DNA of 64,000 nucleotides from a virus: IMG/VR virus record IMGVR_UViG_3300036770_006330; one strand, given 5' to 3'. Under the pieces are notes generated by a model that worked only from the letters and a program-made list of their open reading frames with translations, had not been told where the DNA came from and searched no databases. Below are positions 1-9,613 of the stretch, in pieces; the stretch's first letter is position 1, and the number at the start of each line of letters is the position of its first letter. A program made the translations under genes and the position numbers.

Positions 1-1
1 T

Positions 2-1660
2 CAATACGGTGGCCGATTTACCGACTCGAGATTCTCTACTTGCGGCAAGCAGTTGTTTGACCTTCCGGGAATTATTGGGCGAACAATCGCACAGGCTCTT
101 CGCGGAACAGCAAGACCTTCGGCATTTCAGCAAGTTGCTGGCCGGCAAGTCGCGGCGATGTCCGTAACCGGCGACATTATTCAATCTCGCGCGCCACAGA
201 TTCCAAAGGTATCTACTGCAAATCGCCCGCGCCGAACAACGGAAGTTCAGAAAATAGTCGGACAGATGGCTGACGTTAACGATGCCTATATGCGGATGGT
301 TCGTCGTGATGGTTTTGTTCTCGAGCCAGTCGTAACCCCAGCAGTATTACGAACAGTTCCGGATAACAGAGACATGGAAGGCGCCACATTTATCATGAAC
401 GCGCTTACAGATGATGTTATTGGAAACGATGAACTTGGGCTTTTGTCCAACACTGGAGTAGAAAACGTAACCTATGTGCTCTCGGGTGGCTCAACAATCA
501 GCATCGGGAAAGCACGTCCATTGACCGTCGGAGAGCGACGAAAGCTGGGCAAAACCATTTCTGCCGCTGAAAAAATGCGCAAAACAGATGACCCAGTTGC
601 TCGGTTGAGATTTGTCACCCAAGAAATGGGCGATGCGATTGCCTACGAAGAGAATTTCAAGGGTATAAAAAATCCGAATGACATGATTACTGTAAATCTT
701 CCAGCTGGAAGAGGAAAACGAACAATGCGCAGATGGCACTATGACGCCTTCTATCGAAAGCGCAAGAAGTCAAACATGGTCGCTCGAGCGACACAGCTTG
801 AGGCCGTTCCAGAGGATGAGAAAATAAAAGACCTCGCGAGCGCCGTAAGACACTTGAATAATGGCGGTTCGCTGGAAAATATTGCTGCCACCGTTCGCTC
901 AGAGGCAATAAAACGAAGCAATATGTATAAGACCGGCAAAATCAAAAACGGCGTAATACTTCATGAACGAGCAGACGGTCAAACCGTATTTGAAATTACG
1001 CCAGACAACCAATATGAGCATCTTGGAGCGGCATTCGCATCTGAGCTGCAACGCTCAATGGGCCTTGCTGCTCCAAAAGTTAGATTGAGTGGCGCAGGCA
1101 AAAAGCGCAACTACATGTTGGGAGAGGCGCAAGACGTTGAGCCGATGTCGCAACAGGAAAGAGCCACAGATATTGCATCACTGCCCCCTGAAGATGTGCT
1201 TGGAATCGCCATATCCGACTTCTTGACTGATGCCAGGGATAGGAATCCCTCCACAATCGCACAAGTGAGAATTGGTGGCCGGATGAGGGCCGTTGCATCG
1301 ATGAATCCGAATGCTGGTCTCGCCGGCCTCAGTGCGCAAGAAATACGCCAAAGACGGCAATTGCAGCTGAACGAATTCTTTAACCGCCGTCAACAGGCAA
1401 CATACGAACAGTATTTTCGAAATCTAAAAGAGCAGCAGCGACGTAAGGCATTGGCTCTTTTTGAGCAGCTAATGGACAGGGCATCGGATTTTGATTACCG
1501 CCGATTCCAGCAGCAACTCGCGGTTGACGGGATGCTTTCCGAGGCTGAAAAACTCCACTTGCGAATAGTTGAGCAAATTTTTGAGCAACGGATAGAAATA
1601 CTTAAAGCGTCCTCCGGGGTATTTAAGCAAATAATGGGTCTAACAAATCGGACACAATGA
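2..1660 (+). CDS. Large head-region protein, 5'-truncated by the window edge; C-terminal HipA/PI3-PI4-kinase-like fold, probably degenerate
   Basis: The frame is open from position 2 (QYGGRFTDSRFSTCGKQLFD...). EHLGAAFASELQRSMGLAAPKVRL and AISDFLTDARDRNPSTI resemble HipA/PI3K-like motifs, but the Mg-binding Asp position reads ASMN. The stop overlaps the next ATG (ATGA). Confidence 0.6.
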   Translation, partial: QYGGRFTDSRFSTCGKQLFDLPGIIGRTIAQALRGTARPSAFQQVAGRQVAAMSVTGDIIQSRAPQIPKVSTANRPRRTTEVQKIVGQMADVNDAYMRMVRRDGFVLEPVVTPAVLRTVPDNRDMEGATFIMNALTDDVIGNDELGLLSNTGVENVTYVLSGGSTISIGKARPLTVGERRKLGKTISAAEKMRKTDDPVARLRFVTQEMGDAIAYEENFKGIKNPNDMITVNLPAGRGKRTMRRWHYDAFYRKRKKSNMVARATQLEAVPEDEKIKDLASAVRHLNNGGSLENIAATVRSEAIKRSNMYKTGKIKNGVILHERADGQTVFEITPDNQYEHLGAAFASELQRSMGLAAPKVRLSGAGKKRNYMLGEAQDVEPMSQQERATDIASLPPEDVLGIAISDFLTDARDRNPSTIAQVRIGGRMRAVASMNPNAGLAGLSAQEIRQRRQLQLNEFFNRRQQATYEQYFRNLKEQQRRKALALFEQLMDRASDFDYRRFQQQLAVDGMLSEAEKLHLRIVEQIFEQRIEILKASSGVFKQIMGLTNRTQ

Positions 1661-4600
1661 AAACCTCGACAGTTATCAGAGATAAGATTTCTGGTGCGCC
1701 GTTCGCCGTCATCGTAGGACCGGCGCAACCCCTGCGCGTCTTCGGTGCGAGCGGACAGGGTAGGGCATGGGCCGAATGGGCGGTTAAACAGCCATCGATG
1801 GACGCATTGCTTTCTTCTCTTGATGCGTCTCTTGTACACGAAAAAAACGTGCAGCTCACAACTGAGTTTTTGGACTCTATCGCCGACTCGTTTGACCAAC
1901 AGGTAATAAATGACCTGCGTGCCTTGGCGTCCCAAAAAGCCCTCGTATTGATAATGCAGACAAAATCCGACATTGGTCCGGAGCACAATGAGTATGAGCA
2001 GATGAACGAAACTTCTGAGCTCGAAGAAATCGACAACTGGCCAATTACTGATGCCGCATTGGCAACAATAGATGTTGCCTATAAGCAAATCGCAATCAAT
2101 TATAAAGCGCGGGCATTTGAGCTTGACACAAAACGAGCTGGCATCATGCTCCAGGTCAAAGGTGTTCGCGCTCTCTGGGACCCAAACATGCCCGGTGGTG
2201 GAGGTTGGAGATGCCCGGACGATACGCCGAATGGTGGACAATTCACCAACAGGCTTGGTCGCGGATGCACATTTGGAATGTTGAGGAGAATAGGAAGAAG
2301 TCTCGTTGCGGCATCATTGCGAGATATTTCAAAGGCAGTAGATGATGCGGCAAACATAGATTTGCCAACAGTGAACCGGGCTGGAAGGGCATTAACTTCC
2401 GCCGCTGACGCAAGAGATGCCAGACTGCAAAATAAGTTTAAAAACAGGGCACAACGAAGAGCACGAAAACTTGCTAAAGCAAAAGCACAAGAGCAGTTGA
2501 AACAAGGCGCAATTACGTGGAGACAAGCATATGAAAGTCTCGATAAGGATAGGACGCGCAGAGGAAGAGCTCGAATCGCAACTGCATTGGTCGCAAAGCG
2601 CATGGCAGACGATGCCGCAACTAGAGCATTTAATTCAGAGACAAGAAGGCAGCGGAGACGAGCTGGAAGAGGTGTTGAAAAAACACCGCCCCCATCACCT
2701 GGCGGCGCAGTCTCAACACAGACTGTGGTCCCAGGTCAACAGGGGGGACCGTCAAGAAGAGAAATACTCGCGGAACGGTTGAGGCGCACCGCTCAAAACA
2801 TAGTAGGTGAAGACCAGCAGCAGACACGCAGAATGTCTCGACGCGCTAGACGCGTCGCGCAACAACCCCAAGCTGAAGAACCTGTCGATACTGAATATAC
2901 GCCCCCGCAGTCGCCGGCTAGAGGTGTGCGCGGACAGACGCCATCACCTGCACCAATCGCCACGCGTTTTGCTCGTGGCGAAAATGAATCGCGCATGGGG
3001 GAGATACGAGCAATTCGCAGAGAACTAAGAGGGAGAACACCACGTAGCACAAGTCCATTGCGAGAGCGAATCGCAATGCGCCAAAGACGTCGAGCCGCAA
3101 GACTGCGCGGAGAGGCACCCGGGTTGGAGGACTATCCAGATTTTGAGGCAAGCCGTATTGAATTGCCAGACTTAAAAGGTGGACCACTAGAAGCAAACGC
3201 CTTCATGGGCAGGGGCCAGGATGCAAAACGGGTCGACCCAATTTTGCGAGACATTCCATCGCCTCCGGGGAGAGGAGAGGGCAGCTTTATACCTATAGGC
3301 GATACACCCGCTCGAGAAGAGTACGTGGAAAGAAGGCAAGAATGGCTCACTGACGAGAACCTAATTGGCCTAAACAATTTGCAGAAATTTTTTGAACATC
3401 GAGCTAGTCATGGAAAAATTCGAGAAGCTCGCTCGGACGACAGCACTAATGCAGAGCAAGTGGAAGATGCTCTCATCAATGCCGGCGAACTGCTGGACTC
3501 TTTCGATGCCAGCTCGCAAAATGAACTAAAAGAAATATACGAGAACTGGCAGCGCGAATTCAATGACCCAAACCTCCCTTCTCCGGAGGGATATGTATCC
3601 AATCTTGGGCGCACCATTTCCAGACAGGACGACGTTAATGGAATAAGCAGAACTGTTTTGTACGCTGCCGATGTTCCAGGAAATCCGATTGTCTACATAG
3701 AAGATTCAGATAAAGGAATAGCCCACCTGCTGGACACAAAGGGCCGTCACGTTCTTTCAATGTTCACCGACGATAACGGAGAGGTGCGTTTCATGTCTGG
3801 CTCTGCAGCAGCGGAGACTATCGCTAGACGTGGAATGCGTAGACCGATTCGTGAACGAATAATGGAAAGACTCAACAGAAGAGATTCCGACGGGTCGCCA
3901 GCGCAACAGATGTCATTGCGTGCTAGAAGAATTGCGGTTGAGCGTAGCAAAACTCGCTCTGGCCTAAGTTTTGGCAAGACAACAAGTGGCGATGTGTACC
4001 TCCCAGGCGACCATCTACTCGCCGAGCAGGACAGACTAATAATCGAAGCCAACATTCAGGACCAATTGGCACGATATAACGAATCATTCAGGCACAGACT
4101 GAATATTGCCGACCCGGACGAACCGCTATCGGAAGATGGAATACTTTCGTATATCGACGAACTAGCAAAAACTGATGCCAGACATGCCGGAATAATAAAA
4201 ACACGCCTGCACGATTTCCTGGTGCTAACAGAAATTGAAGAGACCGGAGATTTAAATTTCATTAATAATCTCAAGCCGTCAGCTAGGTCTCGAATTCTTG
4301 AGGGAACGTCCAGCTATACGAGGGGGAAGAGAAGCGGTAGGCAGAAATTTACCCCATACAGGCCTTCAGGCGCGCGCAATATAAATCCAGAGGATATAAC
4401 GCCGCCAATACTGGTAAATGCCCCAGTGAATACCATGGCGCCAATAAATGTACCAAGCACCGGAATTCCACTTACGCCAGGTCTTGGCAATCCTTCCCTT
4501 GGTATCAATTACGACCCTTCAAGTGGCCTATACATTGATTCAGCTACTGGATTGTTTGTTGAGGACCTAACCGGCCTTCCAATTGACCGCACCAGTGTGT

Positions 4601-7068
4601 ATGATGCCGTATCCAGACCAGACATGGATGCTGGAAACTATCCAATAGTTCGCGTCAGTCCTCCGGGCATTTTGCCGCCAAGATACGTACGTCTCGCTCC
4701 TGGCACAGACCCAGATGGTGCCGGAAAAGCCGGAACAAACAATGTTGTTGGTGTGGCGAGAAACTACAACGAAGCAATGGAAATGTTTGCGGTATCAGAG
4801 GCAGCATCACTAAAGCCAGGCTCATCCGAGGCTGCAGTAGCAAGAATACTTGGAAGAAGTCGTCCGACCATACTCCAAAATCAAACCACGAGAATCGATG
4901 CACGGAATCGAATGTCCGCAGCCAATACGGACCCAACAATTACGAGTCCAGACATGCATCCGGTAAAGAATTTTACACTTGGCGAATTGTTGAACATTGG
5001 TCAATCTTCTTCTGCAAGCGACATTATGACAACGCCAAAGGCCCAGCAATGGATTGAGGCCGGGGATGGAGATTTAAACAAGCCAATAGGTTCAGATTCA
5101 CGCCTAAGACCAGTTTTTGAAAAGCTTGGCATTGATATCGATATGCCGATTGGCGAGTTTTACATACCGTCTTCAGCAGAAACAAGCACGGATGTTACAG
5201 ACTCGATTGCATCACTGAACAGGGCACTTCAAGCTCAACACGTAGCTGAAATTGGAAATCGCATAACCGGTCTTCCGGCTTATGACGAAGATTCCAGACT
5301 GGTTGACCTATGGAACACGGCCGCTGACGACCTGGCTGCCAACTTAAAAGTTGCTCAGGTCGAAACGTCAAGAGCAGTTGATGAACTAACGCAAAATAAG
5401 AGAAATAAGCAAGGGCAGTGGAGACTGCTCAAGAGTGGCCACCAGGAAGAGCTTCTTTCTTCACTTCTAGAATCACACGTAGTGTCTAATCCAGTAGCAA
5501 TGCAGGCATTGGAGATAAGAAAGCGAAATGCTCTTGAGTCATCCGCGAATAAGCGAAATGCTCGCATTAGAGCCGCTCAAGCCAGAGCGGCAAGAGGCAT
5601 ACGAGCAGCAGGTTCATTCGATGACCAGCCAGACATTCTTGACCCGTGGGGCAGTTCAAATCCACCAGCAGCTCCGCGCTCTCTCGATGACATACTCAGC
5701 GTACATGTCCAGCACAAAGCAGAGGGTCTTTTCGAAAATCCATTCGTAAATGGAACCACTCAGCTATCAGATGAGCAGGTTGATGCTCTATCGAGCATGG
5801 GCGAGCTATACGACCTGCAGAGAAGTGGCAATCAAATGGGCCTCCCTGGAACCCCATACGATGGGGTCCAGTTTGGCGATATTCGAAAAGCAATGCTCGC
5901 CCATATGTGGCACTTTAATGGCTACAACAGCCTTCCGATTCTTGCAACAAAAGAAGAGATGCTTGCAGCTGCAGAGGGCCCTGTTACGCCAGAGGGAACT
6001 CAACCTGTATTTTTTATTGCGCGAGGCGTGCAGGGTAGCCCAGCTCAGCAAGTTCAGTTCATTACAGACATGCTCGGTGGGGATAGATTTGTTCCGGGCC
6101 AGGGTGGTCAGGTTGCCGGTCTTGGTGATTACTGGTCGCTTCAGCCCAGTGGCTGGTCGAGTTATCACGGCGGAAATGGCGGCACAGCAATCGCGATAAT
6201 CAGCCCACAAATGAATATTGTTTCGCGAGACGCACACCTCGAGCTATTCGGAACACAAAATGGCACTCCGCTCTATGAGTCAATGTGGTCAATATACAAC
6301 GCTATTGGAGCGCCAGATGCGCCAAATGGAGTAAATCCGTCGCACGGACCAGAAAGCAGATTTGGAATTACTCCGAATAGCATTCTCCCAGACCCCAAAA
6401 CTGGTCTGTTCACACAGGCACAGCTTGATGAGCTAAACGGCCACGTTGCTCGCCTTACTGCAGAAGGAACTCCTGGGCGTAACCTGAGAAATAATGCCGT
6501 GTGGAGCGATACCTCTGGATGGGGCGAAGCAACAATCGAGCGTTCGCTTACTACTGGCTCTCATTCTGGAACCCTAAAGCGCGCACTCACGCTAGACATT
6601 GTTGGCAATACCCCGGAAGAAAACCTAAAAGCTCAAGAGGCCATAGAGCGAAGAAAAGAAATCAATTCATGGTTTGCGCAACACCTGAGCTGGTTTGTTC
6701 AGCTAGCACAACTGCGTAGGGATGAGTCTTTGCCTGGCCAGGTAGGAATAGATAATAAGGCACACAATGCGAAACTAAATCGCGCAATGCGCTCACTCCT
6801 TTACATGGACCCAGACGTAAGAGCGGTATTGATGGGAATCGACGCTTATGCGGCAGATAGCGTTGGAATGGACACAGTTTTACGGTCCAATCTTTGGCAA
6901 GCAATACAACAGGGTGCAGGAGACAGAATTGTTGTCCTCAACAGAAGCGCAATGATTATGCACCGCGAACCAGTTAAAGTCTATAGCGACTGGACAAATG
7001 ACCTGTTGGCGATTAAACCACAAGTTCCCGGGGTAAACTCACCAATTGACGGAAGGGGTTGGAGATGA
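1657..7068 (+). CDS. Giant 1803-aa putative virion/internal protein with a C-terminal ADP-ribosyltransferase-like domain
   Basis: Long ORF with an Arg-rich low-complexity N-terminal half and a WRCP..GGQFT..C motif near 2206. The C-terminal FNGYNSLP...FIARG...G.G..AGLGDYW...LMGIDAY...IVVLNRSA pattern (about 5900-6950) resembles phage MuF/polyvalent-protein ART domains. Confidence 0.7.
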   Translation: MKTSTVIRDKISGAPFAVIVGPAQPLRVFGASGQGRAWAEWAVKQPSMDALLSSLDASLVHEKNVQLTTEFLDSIADSFDQQVINDLRALASQKALVLIMQTKSDIGPEHNEYEQMNETSELEEIDNWPITDAALATIDVAYKQIAINYKARAFELDTKRAGIMLQVKGVRALWDPNMPGGGGWRCPDDTPNGGQFTNRLGRGCTFGMLRRIGRSLVAASLRDISKAVDDAANIDLPTVNRAGRALTSAADARDARLQNKFKNRAQRRARKLAKAKAQEQLKQGAITWRQAYESLDKDRTRRGRARIATALVAKRMADDAATRAFNSETRRQRRRAGRGVEKTPPPSPGGAVSTQTVVPGQQGGPSRREILAERLRRTAQNIVGEDQQQTRRMSRRARRVAQQPQAEEPVDTEYTPPQSPARGVRGQTPSPAPIATRFARGENESRMGEIRAIRRELRGRTPRSTSPLRERIAMRQRRRAARLRGEAPGLEDYPDFEASRIELPDLKGGPLEANAFMGRGQDAKRVDPILRDIPSPPGRGEGSFIPIGDTPAREEYVERRQEWLTDENLIGLNNLQKFFEHRASHGKIREARSDDSTNAEQVEDALINAGELLDSFDASSQNELKEIYENWQREFNDPNLPSPEGYVSNLGRTISRQDDVNGISRTVLYAADVPGNPIVYIEDSDKGIAHLLDTKGRHVLSMFTDDNGEVRFMSGSAAAETIARRGMRRPIRERIMERLNRRDSDGSPAQQMSLRARRIAVERSKTRSGLSFGKTTSGDVYLPGDHLLAEQDRLIIEANIQDQLARYNESFRHRLNIADPDEPLSEDGILSYIDELAKTDARHAGIIKTRLHDFLVLTEIEETGDLNFINNLKPSARSRILEGTSSYTRGKRSGRQKFTPYRPSGARNINPEDITPPILVNAPVNTMAPINVPSTGIPLTPGLGNPSLGINYDPSSGLYIDSATGLFVEDLTGLPIDRTSVYDAVSRPDMDAGNYPIVRVSPPGILPPRYVRLAPGTDPDGAGKAGTNNVVGVARNYNEAMEMFAVSEAASLKPGSSEAAVARILGRSRPTILQNQTTRIDARNRMSAANTDPTITSPDMHPVKNFTLGELLNIGQSSSASDIMTTPKAQQWIEAGDGDLNKPIGSDSRLRPVFEKLGIDIDMPIGEFYIPSSAETSTDVTDSIASLNRALQAQHVAEIGNRITGLPAYDEDSRLVDLWNTAADDLAANLKVAQVETSRAVDELTQNKRNKQGQWRLLKSGHQEELLSSLLESHVVSNPVAMQALEIRKRNALESSANKRNARIRAAQARAARGIRAAGSFDDQPDILDPWGSSNPPAAPRSLDDILSVHVQHKAEGLFENPFVNGTTQLSDEQVDALSSMGELYDLQRSGNQMGLPGTPYDGVQFGDIRKAMLAHMWHFNGYNSLPILATKEEMLAAAEGPVTPEGTQPVFFIARGVQGSPAQQVQFITDMLGGDRFVPGQGGQVAGLGDYWSLQPSGWSSYHGGNGGTAIAIISPQMNIVSRDAHLELFGTQNGTPLYESMWSIYNAIGAPDAPNGVNPSHGPESRFGITPNSILPDPKTGLFTQAQLDELNGHVARLTAEGTPGRNLRNNAVWSDTSGWGEATIERSLTTGSHSGTLKRALTLDIVGNTPEENLKAQEAIERRKEINSWFAQHLSWFVQLAQLRRDESLPGQVGIDNKAHNAKLNRAMRSLLYMDPDVRAVLMGIDAYAADSVGMDTVLRSNLWQAIQQGAGDRIVVLNRSAMIMHREPVKVYSDWTNDLLAIKPQVPGVNSPIDGRGWR

Positions 7069-7469
7069 CGCGCAAACTTACTGCTGGGGACCTTGGGGTT
7101 GAGGACAGAAAGATTTTTGACCGCAACAACCGGTCAGTTGTTGAGTCGTATGAAGAACTGTACCATCTTGTAAATTTTCCTCCGTTTCGCTTGAGTGGCA
7201 ACTTTGAAAAAGCACAAAAATACATAATCGAGCTCAAAAGCGAATATCAGAAACTTCGGTCTAGTTCAGCAGAAGACCTAATCGACCCTGATTTCAAACC
7301 ATTTAAATCATTCATTCGCAAATATGCAAGCAATGTTGCAGAGGCAAGACGGTACGCAAAGAGCTCCAACAAAAACATCGTGCAAGCGCTTGATATGTAT
7401 GTTGCGGAAAATCCCGATTCCAATGTCGGAGACGACGAGTACTACCTACCAGAACAAACACCTTGGTGA
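7065..7469 (+). CDS. Hypothetical protein, translationally coupled to the ART-like gene (possible cognate inhibitor)
   Basis: ATG at 7065 overlaps the TGA of the upstream gene; about 134 aa. Confidence 0.65.
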   Translation: MTRKLTAGDLGVEDRKIFDRNNRSVVESYEELYHLVNFPPFRLSGNFEKAQKYIIELKSEYQKLRSSSAEDLIDPDFKPFKSFIRKYASNVAEARRYAKSSNKNIVQALDMYVAENPDSNVGDDEYYLPEQTPW

Positions 7470-7473
7470 TTGA

Positions 7474-9522
7474 ATGGAACTTGAGCAGCGTCCGGAAATT
7501 GCCAAGCGCAAGAAGAGGAAACGAAGGAAACTTCGCGGAGAAAGCGCTGAGCAGTGGGAGGAGCTTCGCGAAGGTGGCGTCGTTGGGATAGATAGCCTTC
7601 CAGGTGGAGGAATAGTCAGCGCACCAGTAATTTCTGGAAAAGCACTGCCGAGAATAGGCAGAAGATTGTCTGCCATAAAAAGAAGAGCGAAGATTTCCGA
7701 GCGCGACGGCGATGGTGATGGATTTAGAACAAATCCGTTAACAGGTCGCGATGACCTGCCAGTATTGCCAAATGTCCCCGGAATGGATGCAATATCTGGG
7801 GCAATACGAAGCGGAAACAACACTGAATATATCGGGGATGAAGGGCTAATAAAAGCGCAGGCTAGACAGGTTTCTGAATTCGAAAAATGGTCCAAGGGAA
7901 AACAGTGGAATAACTTTCATCGTGAACATTTTGACTGGTGGACCTTCCCAATCGACAAGGGAAGTAGTCATAGCGGGTTTGCTTACGACATCTCCGGAGA
8001 ACCACTGGAGCGCCTAAAACAGAACCCCAAATATCTCTCATCGATTTCACGTGCGGCTGAACTATATAACCGCAGTCTTGGCTGGGACCTAAAAAGTTCC
8101 AGGTGGATTGATTCACCAGATAAAAGTCGTGGTCAAAACGCGTCTCAATCAAACATAAATCAGCAGCGTCTTTTCAAAATTGGTAGGTCTTTACAGATAC
8201 ACGGCCTTGATAATGACTTTAATTCACACCGACAAATGGTTGAATCCCTAAGAAGAGCTGGGATTAGGGTTGGCAATGAGTCATATTGGGACAACCCAAA
8301 TGAGTTTGTCATGCGCTCACGATTCAAAGATGGTGACGGGTCGATTTCCGGAGCAATGTCAGGTATTGGAATTTCTCCAAAAGTGATGAAATTGCAACAA
8401 CATGACCCACGCCGCGACAAAGAATTTGTCGAGCTCCAGAAAGCCCGTGACGCCAGAAATGCATCCAGGGACCCATCTAAGGGTGACCTTACTTTTGACT
8501 GGAAAGATGATAATTCACGAACATCTTTCATACGGCGAATTTGGAAGAAGGCTTGGGAAAAAGGCGATGCAAAATTTAATGGAAAAATTAGCAACGGAGC
8601 CAGGTGGGATACCCAACATGCACACACTGGACTGGCCCCACAAATAGATGAAAATCTAAACTTGGTTGCTGATTTGGGATTGCACTGGGGGGTAGGGGAT
8701 AGAACCTACAGCGGTTTTTTTGACCAATACGGAAGTGTATTTAGGCATTCTCTTTCGCCACAAAATCCAGAAGGTGCAGCTGCCGAACAAGTCAGAGACC
8801 TAAAGGGGTATTTTGCACCAACAATAAATCCAGCCCTATATTGGCAAAGATTTGAATCATGGATTCGAAATCCATTCTCGGTGGTTAGGGACCCAAATAC
8901 TGGTAGAGATGTTGGTGTCCGCAAATACTTCAATAATGACAGAACCCTTCTTGTTCAAGAATTTGACAGAAGAATATCCAAGCTATATGACGCACTGTCT
9001 GAGGCGTCCGGCAAAGACATTGAGCAGCATAAATATATTCCATTGCCAGAATTCGACAATCCCAGACCACGCAGGGACAGTGTTCCGAATTTTATGATTA
9101 ATGACATCAAAAGACAGATGTCTGAAGCCATTGAAGCTATGAGCAAGCATTCAACACTAGAGGGGCTGCGCAAAAGGTTGTTAGACTTTTTCCAAACGCG
9201 AAATCAGGCAGCGTTGGCCGAGTCAATAACACCTGATTGGCTTGAAGATTACCTAAAATCAGACCACAAGAATTGGCTTGCTGAGCAACTGCGTCGCCAC
9301 CCAGACTTTTTGCGCGCAAGTTCACTGGACAGCCTTAGTCACGACAAGCTAAAAGAGTCTTCAGAGATGATGGAACTGGTATTTGATGAGGTAGCGCTTG
9401 CCGGAGGAGACCCAAAAAACATAGACCTAGCTGGCGATTTGGTAAGAAGCGTAATGACGGGTCTTTCGGAGGAACAAATAAAGAAGCTTTACGAAGATGA
9501 ACTTCGACGCAATAGAAATTAA
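7474..9522 (+). CDS. 682-aa modular protein with an OGFr_N/DUF1810-like domain
   Basis: Basic leader, DGDGDG motif, then HFDWWTFPID ... NQQRLFKIGRSLQIHG (compare OGFr_N HxYIQWLFP ... HNxLRITRILKSL). The domain is flanked by ISGAI (7792) and ISGAM (8344). Confidence 0.7.
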   Translation: MELEQRPEIAKRKKRKRRKLRGESAEQWEELREGGVVGIDSLPGGGIVSAPVISGKALPRIGRRLSAIKRRAKISERDGDGDGFRTNPLTGRDDLPVLPNVPGMDAISGAIRSGNNTEYIGDEGLIKAQARQVSEFEKWSKGKQWNNFHREHFDWWTFPIDKGSSHSGFAYDISGEPLERLKQNPKYLSSISRAAELYNRSLGWDLKSSRWIDSPDKSRGQNASQSNINQQRLFKIGRSLQIHGLDNDFNSHRQMVESLRRAGIRVGNESYWDNPNEFVMRSRFKDGDGSISGAMSGIGISPKVMKLQQHDPRRDKEFVELQKARDARNASRDPSKGDLTFDWKDDNSRTSFIRRIWKKAWEKGDAKFNGKISNGARWDTQHAHTGLAPQIDENLNLVADLGLHWGVGDRTYSGFFDQYGSVFRHSLSPQNPEGAAAEQVRDLKGYFAPTINPALYWQRFESWIRNPFSVVRDPNTGRDVGVRKYFNNDRTLLVQEFDRRISKLYDALSEASGKDIEQHKYIPLPEFDNPRPRRDSVPNFMINDIKRQMSEAIEAMSKHSTLEGLRKRLLDFFQTRNQAALAESITPDWLEDYLKSDHKNWLAEQLRRHPDFLRASSLDSLSHDKLKESSEMMELVFDEVALAGGDPKNIDLAGDLVRSVMTGLSEEQIKKLYEDELRRNRN

Positions 9523-9613
9523 TTACTTGACATGTATCTCGGCATAATCCACAAATTTGAAGTACTATTATTGAAGCACGGTTGGGGCAAAGCAAACTGC
9601 TGTTCCACATATT

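Noticed and set aside
9527-9550. TTGACA...CATAAT promoter upstream of the giant gene
   Set aside because: The spacer is only about 10 nt, so it cannot be called a canonical promoter.
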